A stretch of DNA of 61,740 nt, counting the filler, from Sphacelaria rigidula (lineage: Eukaryota): assembly GCA_964200075.2 (NCBI GenBank). It is 4 parts of 4 records of this genome, joined end to end, with 100 filler letters (N's around TTAATTAATTAA, not from the genome) between each part and the next. Parts side by side here need not be neighbours in the genome. Positions count along the whole stretch, not along the records: positions 15,463 to 30,822 come from CAXNAA020001781.1; positions 30,923 to 46,281 come from CAXNAA020001782.1; 2 more parts are not named here. One strand, given 5' to 3'. Within the stretch, counting starts at the first letter, position 1; every line of letters begins with the position of its first letter. Below, piece by piece: positions 23,778 to 35,500 of the stretch. Below the pieces are notes generated by a model, which made no database searches, was not told the origin of the DNA, and was given only the letters and a program-made list of their open reading frames with translations. A program made the position numbers and the translations under genes.

Positions 23778-26700
23778 ATGGCCGACAAGCCCATGACAAT
23801 CAAGGAACGCATGGCCGCCCTGGCCAAGGCATCTGGCGGCGGAGGAGCAGGTGTGTGTGTGTGTGTGTGTGTGTGTGTATCTATCGAGTGTTTTTGTGGC
23901 GATATTTGTCGTATGTGCTGTGTGCATGTGTCGTGAACGGTGAAACGAGAGTTCAACATGAACCAGCGTCACAGATGGAGCATGTGTAGTATTTGCGACG
24001 TGTTTGTAAGGTATCTGATATACTCTTGTACACAATACTGAGCCGAGTAGGTTGTGGACTATAGCTACAACTAGAAACGAGAAAAAATTGAGCACTGGTT
24101 CTGAAGGCACTCGCTATGAGGTCGCGCGAACGATGGGTTTACTTGCCGCAGCGACTCTTGCTACGTTGACCCTTCAGGAATAGGAGCTGCCTGAGAACCA
24201 AAAATCCTGCTCAAATCTAGTCATTATAATGGAAACCGAACACGCAGAAAATGCAACGGAAACCCGTGGTACTGTGATCTGTAGAATATGGGAATTTCCG
24301 GTAGGGTGTGAGATTTCTCACCAAACTCACAGAACTGTCGGGTACCGGTATGGAGGTCTTACAGAATGTTTTGTTGAGAAAGTTGTGTTTTTACCACATC
24401 GTGGACAACGGATTACATTTTCAAAAGGTGTACTGCGTACAAAATGGAAATTATTCGCTGTTGTAATAGATGCAATAGTCGATACGGTACGCAATACACA
24501 TTTTGACAAATGTATTATAGTGTCATTATCCAGGGTGTGGTTTCTACAAGAGTGTACCCGTGCCTCATGTAACGGTGAAAATTTCGTACAGATCTCACCG
24601 AATGATCGGGCACTGGTACGAGAGGCTCACAGAACTCACAGAACTGACGGGTACGGGTAATACCCGGGTAAGTATCCCGGGAATACGGAAAATCGTGCCC
24701 TACAGACAACTTTGCAGTTCATAAATGCTACTATTCAAAACACCCAATCTCGCGGCTGTTCAGTCGTCGGTAGCAGCCCCGTGCGGCAGGCACATCGCAA
24801 CAGCAGCTGCCCTCGTGCACGGGGCGCCATGCATCATGCTGATGATGTACAGTTTTTGCTTCTGCGGTACATACTGCTACGGTTGGACATATATGTATGT
24901 TCTTGACGGGGCGCCGCATTCTTTTTTCGGCAGGATATGTCAAGACGGGACGCACTAGCATGCTCTTGCACCCGCAGTAGAATGCTTAGGGTTAGGGTGC
25001 TCGAAGCTTGCGCTACATATGGATTGATGTAACCTTTCTGTCCTGTTCGTGTGACGGTAACACTTTTGCCTGACCGTGTGTGGAGGCATAAAGAATACGA
25101 AGGACCCTCATAAAGAAGAGCATAGACGTGGCGGGCTACTACAAGAGTACTGTGCATTTAAAAACAAATACTTGTACAATGATAAACCCATAGGCTTGAA
25201 GGTTGTAATCACCCGACGAAAATAATGTGAGAAAAAGTTCTCTTGTGCGGTATGCATCATCTACACGAGAACTCGTTCACATACACGCTTTCCTTTCTCT
25301 TTTATTCCTGGCCATCGGACAGGGCCAACTCCGGGGCCGCCGCTGCAGAGTGCGAGTCCCGCGACGGGATCTTCAGTAGCCGAGAGACTTGCCAAGATGC
25401 GCCGAGGAGGAAGCGACCCCAATCGTCAAAAGGCACCCGACCTAGTACGAACGTCCACGCCCCCGGCTTCATCTGGGGCTACCTCTACGGAACCTAAGAG
25501 CCCTGCGAGCAGCCAAGGTAGAAAGGGCGATGATATAGTTTTGAGTAAATGTGCTGTTTTGGTGAACGGAAAAAGAGAGATGCTACTGTCTATTGACGGA
25601 TCTTTCATTGGTATACAACGGTCGGTGTGTGCAAGGGCGATTTTGTTGGGCTGCCGGTGAACATTTAATCGGAATGCACTTCCAGCTGCTTTTGGTATGA
25701 TCTCTATCGGCTGTGCACTGCCACGTCTACGGCCGGATCGAGTTTGCTTCATTGTTTTTTATTATCTCCTTAACGTCTCAGCTGAAGTGTGACATTGCTT
25801 CTTCTTTTTTTCTCGCACTTTGAACCCCGCCCCTTCCTCGGGATGAGTCTGTGGTCTCGAGGAATCAACCCATCTCTCTCCCTGTCTCATTGCTACTCTT
25901 GTTATTATATAATAGTGTTCATTTCATGCGTAGAATTTCCCCCCTCCCCTCGGCCTCATATCAACTACTATTATACGACCACTATACTGAGCCGGCCACC
26001 CCAGTGGCTCAGTTGGGAACGTCGAAACCTTTTGACGGTTGGGTCGTGGTTTCGAATCTCGGAGCGATCTGGGATTTTTTCTCACACCATGCCCAACAGT
26101 GCAGAGCGACTATGTCGCGGGTACACAAAAAAATCGATATAAAGGTCGACGAGGGAACAGGACTGCTGAACTCCTCTCGCGGTAAGAAAAAGGCAAGCAC
26201 CGAAGAAGAAAGGTGGAGAACTATAACAAGTATAAAGAAGAAGAAACTCCTGTGTTGACCTTCCTCCTGTTTGACCCCGGCTAGTGCGCTCTCATGTACC
26301 GAAAGGTGTAGACCGGCGCCCAGAATAGATGGGATGGCAGCACACACACATGCTACGTATATACCTACCTCTAGCGGATCCTCCAAGCGGTGACGTCACC
26401 GCACTGTCCTTTCCGACGCCCTCTTCTTCGTATTTGCTAGTGTAGTTGATCAGGCGTTCATCCTACCTGTGTCACCTCGCCTCGTCCTCGAATTATGTGT
26501 GTACAGCCACAGGTGGATCGAGTATCGCTAGCAGGATCGCTATGCTCAGCAGCGTCGGCAGTGCTTCCACAAGCTCTTCTTCAGCGCAGGTACCCCCAAG
26601 CCCCGGCGCGACCTCAACCCTAACGCCAGCTCTAGGTAGGACCACCTCAGCGGCCAGCTCCACAAACGAAAACGCCGACTCGGCGGCCGGAGGCTGTCAG

Positions 26701-29700
26701 CCAACTTCCGAGTCCTCCACGGAGTCTCCCCGCGTCTCTCCCGGGCTAGCCGCCCGAATGCAAGCGATGAGCGTCAAGTCTTCGGCTACCACTGTCACAG
26801 CCTCCGGTGGTGATACGGGAGAGAGGTCCGGAGAGAGGGGGGAATCGTTCCCTCCACCGCCGCCTGGATTCTCATCGAGCGCGGTCGGTGCGGGGGGGTT
26901 GTCTCCGTCGAGGGTGTCCCGCGGAATTTCTGCCCGCATGGAGGTGTGTTATTTTGTTCGTGCTCGTATTACCGTGACGACTGGACAGCTGCGTTTTGTA
27001 CTATTTCATAGAATGGGGGCTTCACTAAAGCGGGCTGGTTTATCTTTCATGTTTTTATCGTGTCCCACGATGGAGGCATTGACGGTACGTTTGATGAAAT
27101 TGTTGCAACCGACGACGGTGAGCTGGCCCGATCGACACCGTGACGCGTGATGCTTGCGCGGTTAAGACGAATCACCACGACTACGAATCACCAAATCCAC
27201 GATTCCTTCGGCCTGATTGCCCAAAAGGGGAAAGAAAGCTGACCGCTGGTCCAAGGGGTACCCACGAAAATTTTGCGCCATTCCACGTGTCTGGGCTGCG
27301 TGTACCTGGGTTGCAACGCTGAAAATAAACCCAGGGATTCATTCGAACGAGTCGAATCAATTACACTAAAACCAAGTGATTTCCAGACGAATCATTATTT
27401 GTCCGACCCTTGGATGCTTGACACCCATGCGGCAGTTTACACTGCCTCGACGTTACAAATAATTATACCTTTGAAGATCGCGCGTCTGATACGTCATACT
27501 AACGGCGAATATGCCTACAAGTGTTTCCTTCACCGTGCTGATGATGGACAGGCGTTGGGAGGACTGAATCCGGGAAAAGTCGAAGGGAGTGATAGCGCCT
27601 CTGGTAGCGGCAAAGGAGCGATACGCCCTCAGAGGATCGGTGGGGTCGGCCTACCTGGAATGGGAAAGGCTATCCCTTTACCCGGTGAATATTCTTCGAA
27701 TGTTTTTTTTTAATGTCCTTGAAGATGATTAATTACAACTGAAGTGAAACAAGCACAAATATACAAGCTGGGCCGGACATCAGTGATTTTGAACGAAGGG
27801 TGGAGATGCTATTGGCATTTCGAAGAGTTAGGCGCTGAAATTTTTACACGATATTTTATCATCAATCCGCGCAACCCTGTAAGGGGTGTCGCGGAAAACA
27901 AAACAAAAAACAGGAAGTTAGAGCGAGTTGAAGTTTCAGCATAGACAAGAAAAATGCTATATCTTCCTAAAAAATTGATGAAAACGATGACAACGATCCG
28001 GCACATACGACGGGCACTCGCGTCAACCACGTCCTCGTAAAGTTTCAGCTAAAAATATGTAAAATTGGGCATAGCATCGCACTTTTTTGTGTGACCTCGG
28101 TGGTCAAACTGATACGACAGCCTCAAATCACACAGGTCATGAGTTCGAATCTCGACACGACAAGAAATTTTTTGTGCACACTCATCGTGCATTATCTTTC
28201 GTACCTCTGGGTTGCACAGGGTCTCGATATTTTGGTGACGGTCTTGCTTTTGGGGGGGGGGTATAGCGCAGTTTCAAGTAGTACTTCTCCCTCGTGCGGT
28301 GACATACGACAATTGGCTCGGAGGTTTTCTCCCATCATGGAGCTCATGACGAGCTTGATGCCATCTTACAACACGACCAGTGTGCTATTGCCTGGGCATG
28401 TCGGGTGTGCGTGTGCCCATGCGGCGCAACGGTCGTTCGTAATTCCACTGCATTTTGTGAAACGAAACGTCTCTAGAGACGTTGTCACGCAATGGCAAGA
28501 AACGTACCCGGTACTCAATGCAGTACAATAACATCATCGCCAAAACTGCGCCAACCAAGCAGCGGCGGTGCCGTGTGTTACCAGGTTAGTCTGCAGTCCA
28601 CAGCGATATGCTGAAGTCGCGCTGATTTGGAAAACTTGAGAAGTTGTAGTGCAGAGAGAGAATGTGGGATTTACTGTCGGTCCAGCTCGTATACTATATG
28701 GAGTATATTTTTTATTATACTTCTCCCCCTAATATCTTTGAGTGGATGTTTGACATTTTTTCAAGGAAGATCTCGCAACCAAAAGAAAATAGGTACTAAC
28801 GGCGTTCGTTCGTGTCACCAGCACCGGAGCTTTCACGAAATAACGACAACCCACGCAACTATATTATCTTGACATTCATCATCTCTCGGACATAGCTTTG
28901 AGTAATGTGGGGTAATGTGAGGAAGGCCTTCACTTGGATCCATTGATTTGGTGATGAGCAGGTTTGATGCCAGCGGGCGGACTGAAGGAGTTGCAACGGC
29001 GCAAGTTGCAGGAGGCGGGAGAGAAGGAAGAGTCCGCTTCGACAGCGGGCGGCGGCACCGAGAGTACACCCGAACAGCAGCAACCTGGACAGTTGCAGCA
29101 CGTGAGTCCGTCCATATTTCATTTACCTGGTCAACAAGTACCGGTGGCAGCAAGGTCGTTGTGTCAAGTTGTGATGTCATGTACATTTCTTTCGCAAGCG
29201 AAGCAAAGTTGCGAGCAAAACCTGTACGTGATTCTGTCAAGTGTTCTTTGTGCTATTCTTCCCCTGTAGACATGGTAAGTGGCCATGAGCACAGTGCGGT
29301 CGGTGGGTTCCTAGCCCGGCATGAACTCGCTCTGCTGGCCTCGTACAATTACTCGGTATCAGTATGGCGGATCGGATTCGTGCACTGTAATGGAGCCCTC
29401 ACAATACTCGGAAGCACCACACGCTTGATTGCTGACAATAGCAACGCTCAACGCTGAATTATGGACGGGCAAGTCACTGCGGACGGGAGATGAAGGAATC
29501 AAACCGCATCAACCACCCCAACAACCGCGACCTGAATATCCCATCCTATCCCACCCACCCCGCCCATGTCGCCCTCGACACCTACCAAACAACTCCATCC
29601 TCAGACTGTGAACCTCTCCCGGGCCACAATGCCCCAGAGGCGACGCCCCCGAAAGACAGCAAAGCCTTTTAAAGCGACGCCAGCGGCTGCTGCAGCAGTA

Positions 29701-30021
29701 GCGGCATCATCGGTCACACCAGAGAATTCGGTTGGAAAGGCGGAGAAGGCGGTTATGGCCCAAACTCCGGTGACTGCCGAAATGCCGGTGAAAGCGGGAA
29801 AGCCGGTGACATTAGATAGTGCGGTTCCTGTGTCTACAAAGAACGTGCCAGCCATGACAGTTGGATCGGGCGCTACTGCTGCTGCGGTACTTACTGAGCC
29901 GGAAAAAGGGCCATCGACTGTCGCAGTAGAAAAAGAAGTTAGCGCAGCCATTCGATTGGCCAACAGTCTCGCCGCTGAGGAGAGCGGTGGAGGTGACTCC
30001 GAGGACGAGTGGGAAGATTAA
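23778..30021 (+). CDS. Complete six-exon gene, 464-aa disordered protein with CPI-like motif and acidic Trp tail (putative actin capping-protein / Arp2/3 interactor)
   Basis: Exons 23778-23850, 25323-25517, 26507-26943, 27552-27684, 28962-29101, 29605-30021; all GT-AG, intron phases 1,1,0,1,0 consistent; 1395 nt from ATG to TAA; MADKPMTIKERMAAL...QLQHTVNLSRATMPQRRRPRK...GDSEDEWED*. Confidence 0.85.
24268..24714. mobile_element. Degenerate reverse copy of the 10928-11393 hAT MITE with an internal insertion
   Basis: Ends gtgccctacagacaactttg; contains cacagaact..gggtaccggtatg and tacccgggta blocks. Confidence 0.55.
25815..25885 (-). mobile_element. 3' fragment of SINE family 2
   Basis: Reverse complement matches 32222-32290 (gagagatgggttgat.cc..gagaccac..ctca.cccgaggaaggg). 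Confidence 0.65.
25991..26350 (+). mobile_element. tRNA-derived SINE family 1, full length, in intron 2 of the CPI-like gene
   Basis: Box A tggctcagttgg 26005-26016, cttttga anticodon-like loop, box B ggtttcgaatct 26048-26059, (CA)n tail. Confidence 0.85.
27157..27412. mobile_element. hAT-type MITE (256 bp)
   Basis: Perfect 8-bp TSD gatgcttg (27149-27156, 27413-27420); reverse-complement homolog of 56014-56273. Confidence 0.85.
27745..28650 (+). mobile_element. Intronic dispersed repeat with an internal box-B-like motif, related to 4395-4670
   Basis: Shared blocks at 28060-28170 and 28558-28650; boundaries approximate. Confidence 0.5.
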
Positions 30022-30644
30022 ATGCTGAAATGAAGGACTAAGCCAATAGTTTAGATGGACAAACTACAAAGTTGACCAGGGTGTGCCCTTGTATCTTCCT
30101 GTTTCGTGCACGTCTTCCGTGCTTAGACAGACGTACTGTAATGACCTGACTGTTGACGTTCCATTTTGTTGTCTGTCGTGTGTGTCGTGAGCGGTGCATC
30201 ACGTTGTGCCGGCGCTGTGTCTTCGTTTTGTTCTGTGCTGTGGGGCGTGCACATTTGTTCTTGATCGTGTTTGTGTGTTCATCAGATTCGGTTTTGTTGG
30301 TTTGCAGAAATTGCCTTGCTCCGCATTTTCGTGAAACATCTGATGAAGTAGTCGGAATCCCCGAAACCGTGCGGACAGGAGGGTACGATCGTACGATCGT
30401 GGTGCGCCCCCGTTCACCCCCCCCACCCCCCCGCCAGCGCTGTTTTAGTTGGCTCAATATGTGGAGTCCGTGCTTTGGTTTGGAATGATGTCAACATTAC
30501 CAGTCATGCTTGAGGCAACCCATTCAAAACGATGTTCCTAATTTATGCGGTTTCGAGACTTTCGTGTCGGAGAATATATTCTTGAGGTCTATTTTTTGCG
30601 GTATCGGTTATCATCGGTTGCCGACTCGAGGTGGTGTGTATGTT

Positions 30645-30822
30645 GACTGTGTGTGTTGTCGTACCATCACTCTGGACGCCAGTCTACACCTTTCGGTATA
30701 TGTGGGCGTACCAGCCGGGATCACACAGAACGAATTATTCTGTTTTTGTTTTTGTTTTTAGTACCCCACCTGCCTTCTGCGGTGCTTGCCTTTATTTTTT
30801 ATCGCGAGAGGGTTTCAGCAGT
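30645..30822 (-). mobile_element. SINE family 1, 3' half, cut by the scaffold end
   Basis: ccagtctacacctttcggtatatgtgggcg.accagccgg matches 11712-11750. Confidence 0.8.
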
Positions 30823-30922
30823 NNNNNNNNNNNNNNNNNNNNNNNNNNNNNNNNNNNNNNNNNNNNTTAATTAATTAANNNNNNNNNNNNNNNNNNNNNN
30901 NNNNNNNNNNNNNNNNNNNNNN
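30823..30922. other. Artificial scaffold spacer
   Basis: N44-TTAATTAATTAA-N44. Confidence 0.97.
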
Positions 30923-31134
30923 CTTTCATTTTCGTCTCGCGAATTTGGTCAGCATTCCCTTTCCGCGTCAACTCACGTCACACAAACCCAGTCGATTACT
31001 TTGTTTACTGACGTTCTCACGCTTTCTACGGTGGAAACCATACAGTACGAAGAAAAACCCAAAGCGTCGGGAATCGAACCCCCGTTTTCTCCACCCTACT
31101 GGTGACAGTCGGACCATTATAACCACCGGGGCGC
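30923..31134 (-). mobile_element. tRNA-derived SINE family 2, 5' part
   Basis: Reverse complement gcgccccggtggttataatggtccgact..ggggttcgattcccgacgc is colinear with 31994-32210. Confidence 0.8.
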
Positions 31135-31487
31135 GATGATTACAACGAATCCACTTGTAATCAGGGCGGAGAGTATTAAAAAATGAAAAAACATGCAAAT
31201 GTCCGACAGCAGCAAGGAAAAAGAGTCCCACGTATTGCACATAAAGAAAGAGAAAAAAACTTTGCCAAATAACATGCTACTCGCATCGCTCCAATAGCAT
31301 ATGGGCGCAGGGATGTCGCGTCAGCTACCATTCGCGCTGGCTCTTGTTCTCTCCCTCGGTCCGGGGTGCACTGTGTTCGGGTGGGGAGTGACTTCCGACC
31401 CGGGGCATATAAAAACTTCGACTGCTCAACTTGCACCCAGATCTGAAACGCTTTGCACTGCCAGATGACAGTTTTGAATTCGGTCGA

Positions 31488-31817
31488 GAGGGTAAGGTAG
31501 GTACCCGGTACCGGTACTTGGGACATCTCATACCCTACCGATACCGATCCAACCCGGTATCGTCAAATGTCATACCTACGATACCTACGATACCACGGTA
31601 TTTTGAAATTTCAATACCTACCGTGCCTGCCAAATCCGGTATTTTCAAATGGCATACCTACGATACCTACGCATACCACGGTATTCCGAGATTTCAACAC
31701 CTACCGTGTCCGCCCAATCCGGTATTTTTAAAACCCATACCTACGATACCTATGCATATCACGGTATGGGATACCCCGGTAAATACCGGGGGTACGCTCG
31801 GTACGGTACCTTACCTA
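31488..31817. mobile_element. MITE-like element with about three internal ~65-bp tandem repeats
   Basis: Ends ggtaaggta.. / ..taccttacc; repeated catacctacgatacctac..accacggtatt; no clear TSD. Confidence 0.6.
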
Positions 31818-31993
31818 CGGTTCCTGTGGAAACCACTGACCTGACACACTAGTCTCTTTTCATCTGGAAACAAATATTAATGGGTTCTCGGAGGGTATTC
31901 TACTCTGCGTACTTCATGTCGACTGATGACGTAACATGCTGTGCTGTGTTACCACAGGATAATGTCTTCACTGTACTATTATATATATATACT

Positions 31994-32290
31994 GCGTCCC
32001 GGTGGTGTAATGGTCCGACTATCGCCATTGGGGTGGAGAGAAAGAGGGTTCGATTCCCGATGCGTTGGGTTTTTTCTTCGTCATGTCTGATATCAACCGT
32101 GGAAAGCGTGAGAACATGAGTAAACAAAGTTGTCGACTGAGTTTGTTCGACGGAAGTTGACGCGGTGCGGAAGTGTTAGTCATAATCCAATCCGCGAGAC
32201 CAAAATGCAAGGCGTGTACCGGGGGAGAGATGGGTTGATCCCTTGAGACCACGGGCTCAGCCCGAGGAAGGGAAGGGGTTCAAGGTGTGG
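31994..32290 (+). mobile_element. tRNA-derived SINE family 2, full length, flanked by (TA)n
   Basis: Box A tggtgtaatgg 32003-32013, box B ggttcgattcc 32047-32057; TA runs ending tatatact on both sides. Confidence 0.82.
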
Positions 32291-32569
32291 TATATATATA
32301 TATATATATGTATATACTCACTGGTTTCAAAATCACGCCCTCAACACTAGCAAGATCCGCGTCATGGATGTTATTGACAAGTATCGACAGTAAAAAAGAG
32401 GTGATTAATACAGACTACGTATCTCCGTAAAACCAAAGAGGCGGTACGATGAGCGGGCAGCGGCAGCCTGGGAATATGTGTTCGTGCAGTCAGGCGTGAA
32501 GTGATGAACGGCATCTTTTCCATCGCTCCGAACATGTACAGTGTGTCAACAACACCGAGACGAACTCTG

Positions 32570-35500
32570 ACCCGCCCTTGGCTTGTGTTTTGGAGGAAGA
32601 AATTTCTTCATCCTGGTTATTTGCTGTTGCCCTTCGGTGACAATCAAGGCCGGGTCGGGTAGAGCATACCCTATACCCGGGTGTTTTCTCAATTAATTAT
32701 TCTAATGCTCGCAAAATTGGGTAGAATATTGACGTCATATTCAAAAATCCTAATATTTGGGAGAATATTGAGATTGTCCCCACCTTTACCCAAAAATTCG
32801 GTAGAGCATTCAAACCATACCCAATTATTACTCTATACCCGGGTATTGCTAAGGTTACTTACCTAATTTGGGGGTAGGGTTTTAATATCATACTCGAATT
32901 ACCTGTTTTTGGTAGAGTATTGAGATCATACCAAGATGTCCTAAAACTTGCGTAGAGTAAATTCCCGGCGGTGTTGTTGAAGGGCAGTCGACATGTGCTG
33001 TGCAGACGGGCAGGGTATTGGGAAGCGCGAAAAACGTGCCGAGGTATTTGTAGTCAAGTAAGGGAGGCGATGGACTACACGCCGTTTCCGTCCTCGGTCG
33101 TCATCATCCACCCTCCCAGTCGATGTAGTCTGGAAAGTGACGTCAAGACATCACCAAGGGCCAGTGTTACTGAGATCATACCGTATCCAACTGATACCCC
33201 ATACCCCGGCATGACTGAGATTAGCTACCCATAATTGGGATACAGTGAGTATCGAGATTATACCCGAATCACCCAATATTTGGGTAGAATATAGAGATCA
33301 CGCCCAACGTATACTCCGTCTCCCGGAATCGCTGCTCCTTACCCACAATTTGGGTGGAGTACTGAGATTATACCTAAATTACTCAATAATGGGTAATATC
33401 GAGATTATACCCAACCATACAAAAAAATGGGTAGAGTACCGAGTTCATACCCAAGTGATACTCAATCTCCGGGTATTACGGAGATGTCTGGTCAATATTT
33501 CGGGGAGGGGTTAGAGATCATACCCAACGCAACCCAAATATTGGGTAGAGTACGCGGGTCCTACCCTCTAAACCCGGGTATTGCTGAGATTATTTACCCA
33601 TAGCTGGGGGAGACTTTTGGAATCATACTTAACTCTACCCAATATTTGGGTAGACTACTGAGATCATGCCCAACTCTACCAAAAAGTGTGCAGAGTACTG
33701 AGTTCATACCCAAGTGACACCCTATCCCCGGGAATTGCTGAAATGTTCTACCCATGGTTTGGGTATATCACTATAATAATACAATACCCATAGATTGGTC
33801 ATACCCTCCATGCCTGGGTACTGTACCCACTTTTTGATACTATTGAAATAATACTTCACTTGACCCTTTGGGAATCCTCCTCTTCCGCTTCCGGGCCGGA
33901 CGTCTCATTATTCCAAGCCCTGACAAAGAAAGATGGGAACAGAGAAGACCGACGGCGACCGTTCTTACGGCGGAAGGCCACAGAAAAATCCACCAGCACA
34001 CGTCAGGTGCCCACCACAAATGTCACCGTGGTGCAGTCGGATTAGTGTTGTTGAATGAGAGGACGCAACGGATCAAGTGTGTTCAATAACTTTGTGCACA
34101 CAGCCAAAACCAGCGCTTGCGTCCCTGACCTCTTCACAGACAAAAATCTGCACAACCTGTGTATTTTATATATACTGAGTCCCGTGCTGCACTGGGGCAC
34201 ATCTTTATACGGGTCTGAAAAACACGACTCAGTCTAATTTTTTTGCGTGAAAGTTGTAAAAGCTCAACCATATGCCGTTCAAAACAAAAACAGCACCTCG
34301 AAATCCACACTTTCCATCGCCAGTTCTAAAAGGGTTAATTCTACTCAATGTTTGGACAGAGTATTGAGATCATGCCCAACTCAACCCGGTTGAGTTTCGA
34401 GATCCTACCCAATTTACCCCAAGTATAATCAGAGTTAATATCCATTGTTATGTGGTGCTTTTTTTGCTATGCACAGTGTATTCGTACATATGGCTGTCCC
34501 TCTAGAGGTACAACGATAAACCCCACGATTCTTATCTCTATGGTTGGTGGTCTTGGCCCCTGAGTTTGGCTCCGTCTCTGTTTGGACTCACGTGTTGAGT
34601 GGACCATTGGGCCCTGCCTCCAGTAGCCCGAATGGTCGCCTGCGCCACCGATACTTACGAGGTCAACAGTTTCTTTTCTTCTTCTCCATATTTGTTTTGT
34701 TTTATGTACTGCCTCTGAGTGATTTTTACGGGGTCCGACGTTTTTTTTTTATTTCTTCATGCCTTGTTTTGGGAACTTATCCTGTGGTCACGGAAGGCGT
34801 CCGCATCGGATGCCCAGTACAGAGTACTGCGCAGATACCGGAACATTTTTTAATGTGAAGACAACAACAACAACAACAACAAAAACAACAACAACAACAT
34901 CCAGGTATTATACTGGGGTATCAAAAATTATATACTCTACCCGACCCACAATATTGTCACATCATCATATTGTCTCGTAATCATATTGTCCCGTCATCAT
35001 GTTGTCCCGTGGTCATATTAAAACCGTAGTTAGATTGTTCGTGAAAAGTCCCGGTCCAATTGGTCAACTGGCGGTCGGGGGAGCATGCGTCCTCTTCCGA
35101 ATGGACAATCATCTTTGCTACGTTCAAAATCTCATTTGCATTTTGGACTCTACACTGTATCACCTTCTGCAGTACGACGTCGCTTCTCGTTTACGAAGGA
35201 ATGATCCGCCCGAGAACTTCCGTCCTCTGTTTTTTCAGCGATCACAATCAGCTTGACGTGTCCTTCCAAAAATGTGACGCGGTGGGCGAACGCGTATGTT
35301 TAGCGCGAAATATTTGCATGCTGTCTATACATTGAACTTAATTCAGCACCCCCCAGAAAACCACCGTGACAATGGTTGTGTATGTGGGCCCTGGCATTCA
35401 ACAGTAATCGTAGTGCTTGTTATCGACACATCAGGTGATGACTTAGACCTTCCGAGCACCGACAAGCCACCCCAAAAAGGCAAACGTAACACACTGCCTG

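Noticed and set aside
25991-26066. Possible tRNA-Lys gene (also tRNA-like heads at ~12070-12143 and 31994-32065)
   Set aside because: Poor acceptor-stem pairing, and each head is fused to a shared ~250-300-bp body; these are SINE heads.
32645-33836. ~40-bp repeat array as CRISPR or a coding repeat
   Set aside because: Units are degenerate, lack unique spacers and have no long ORF.
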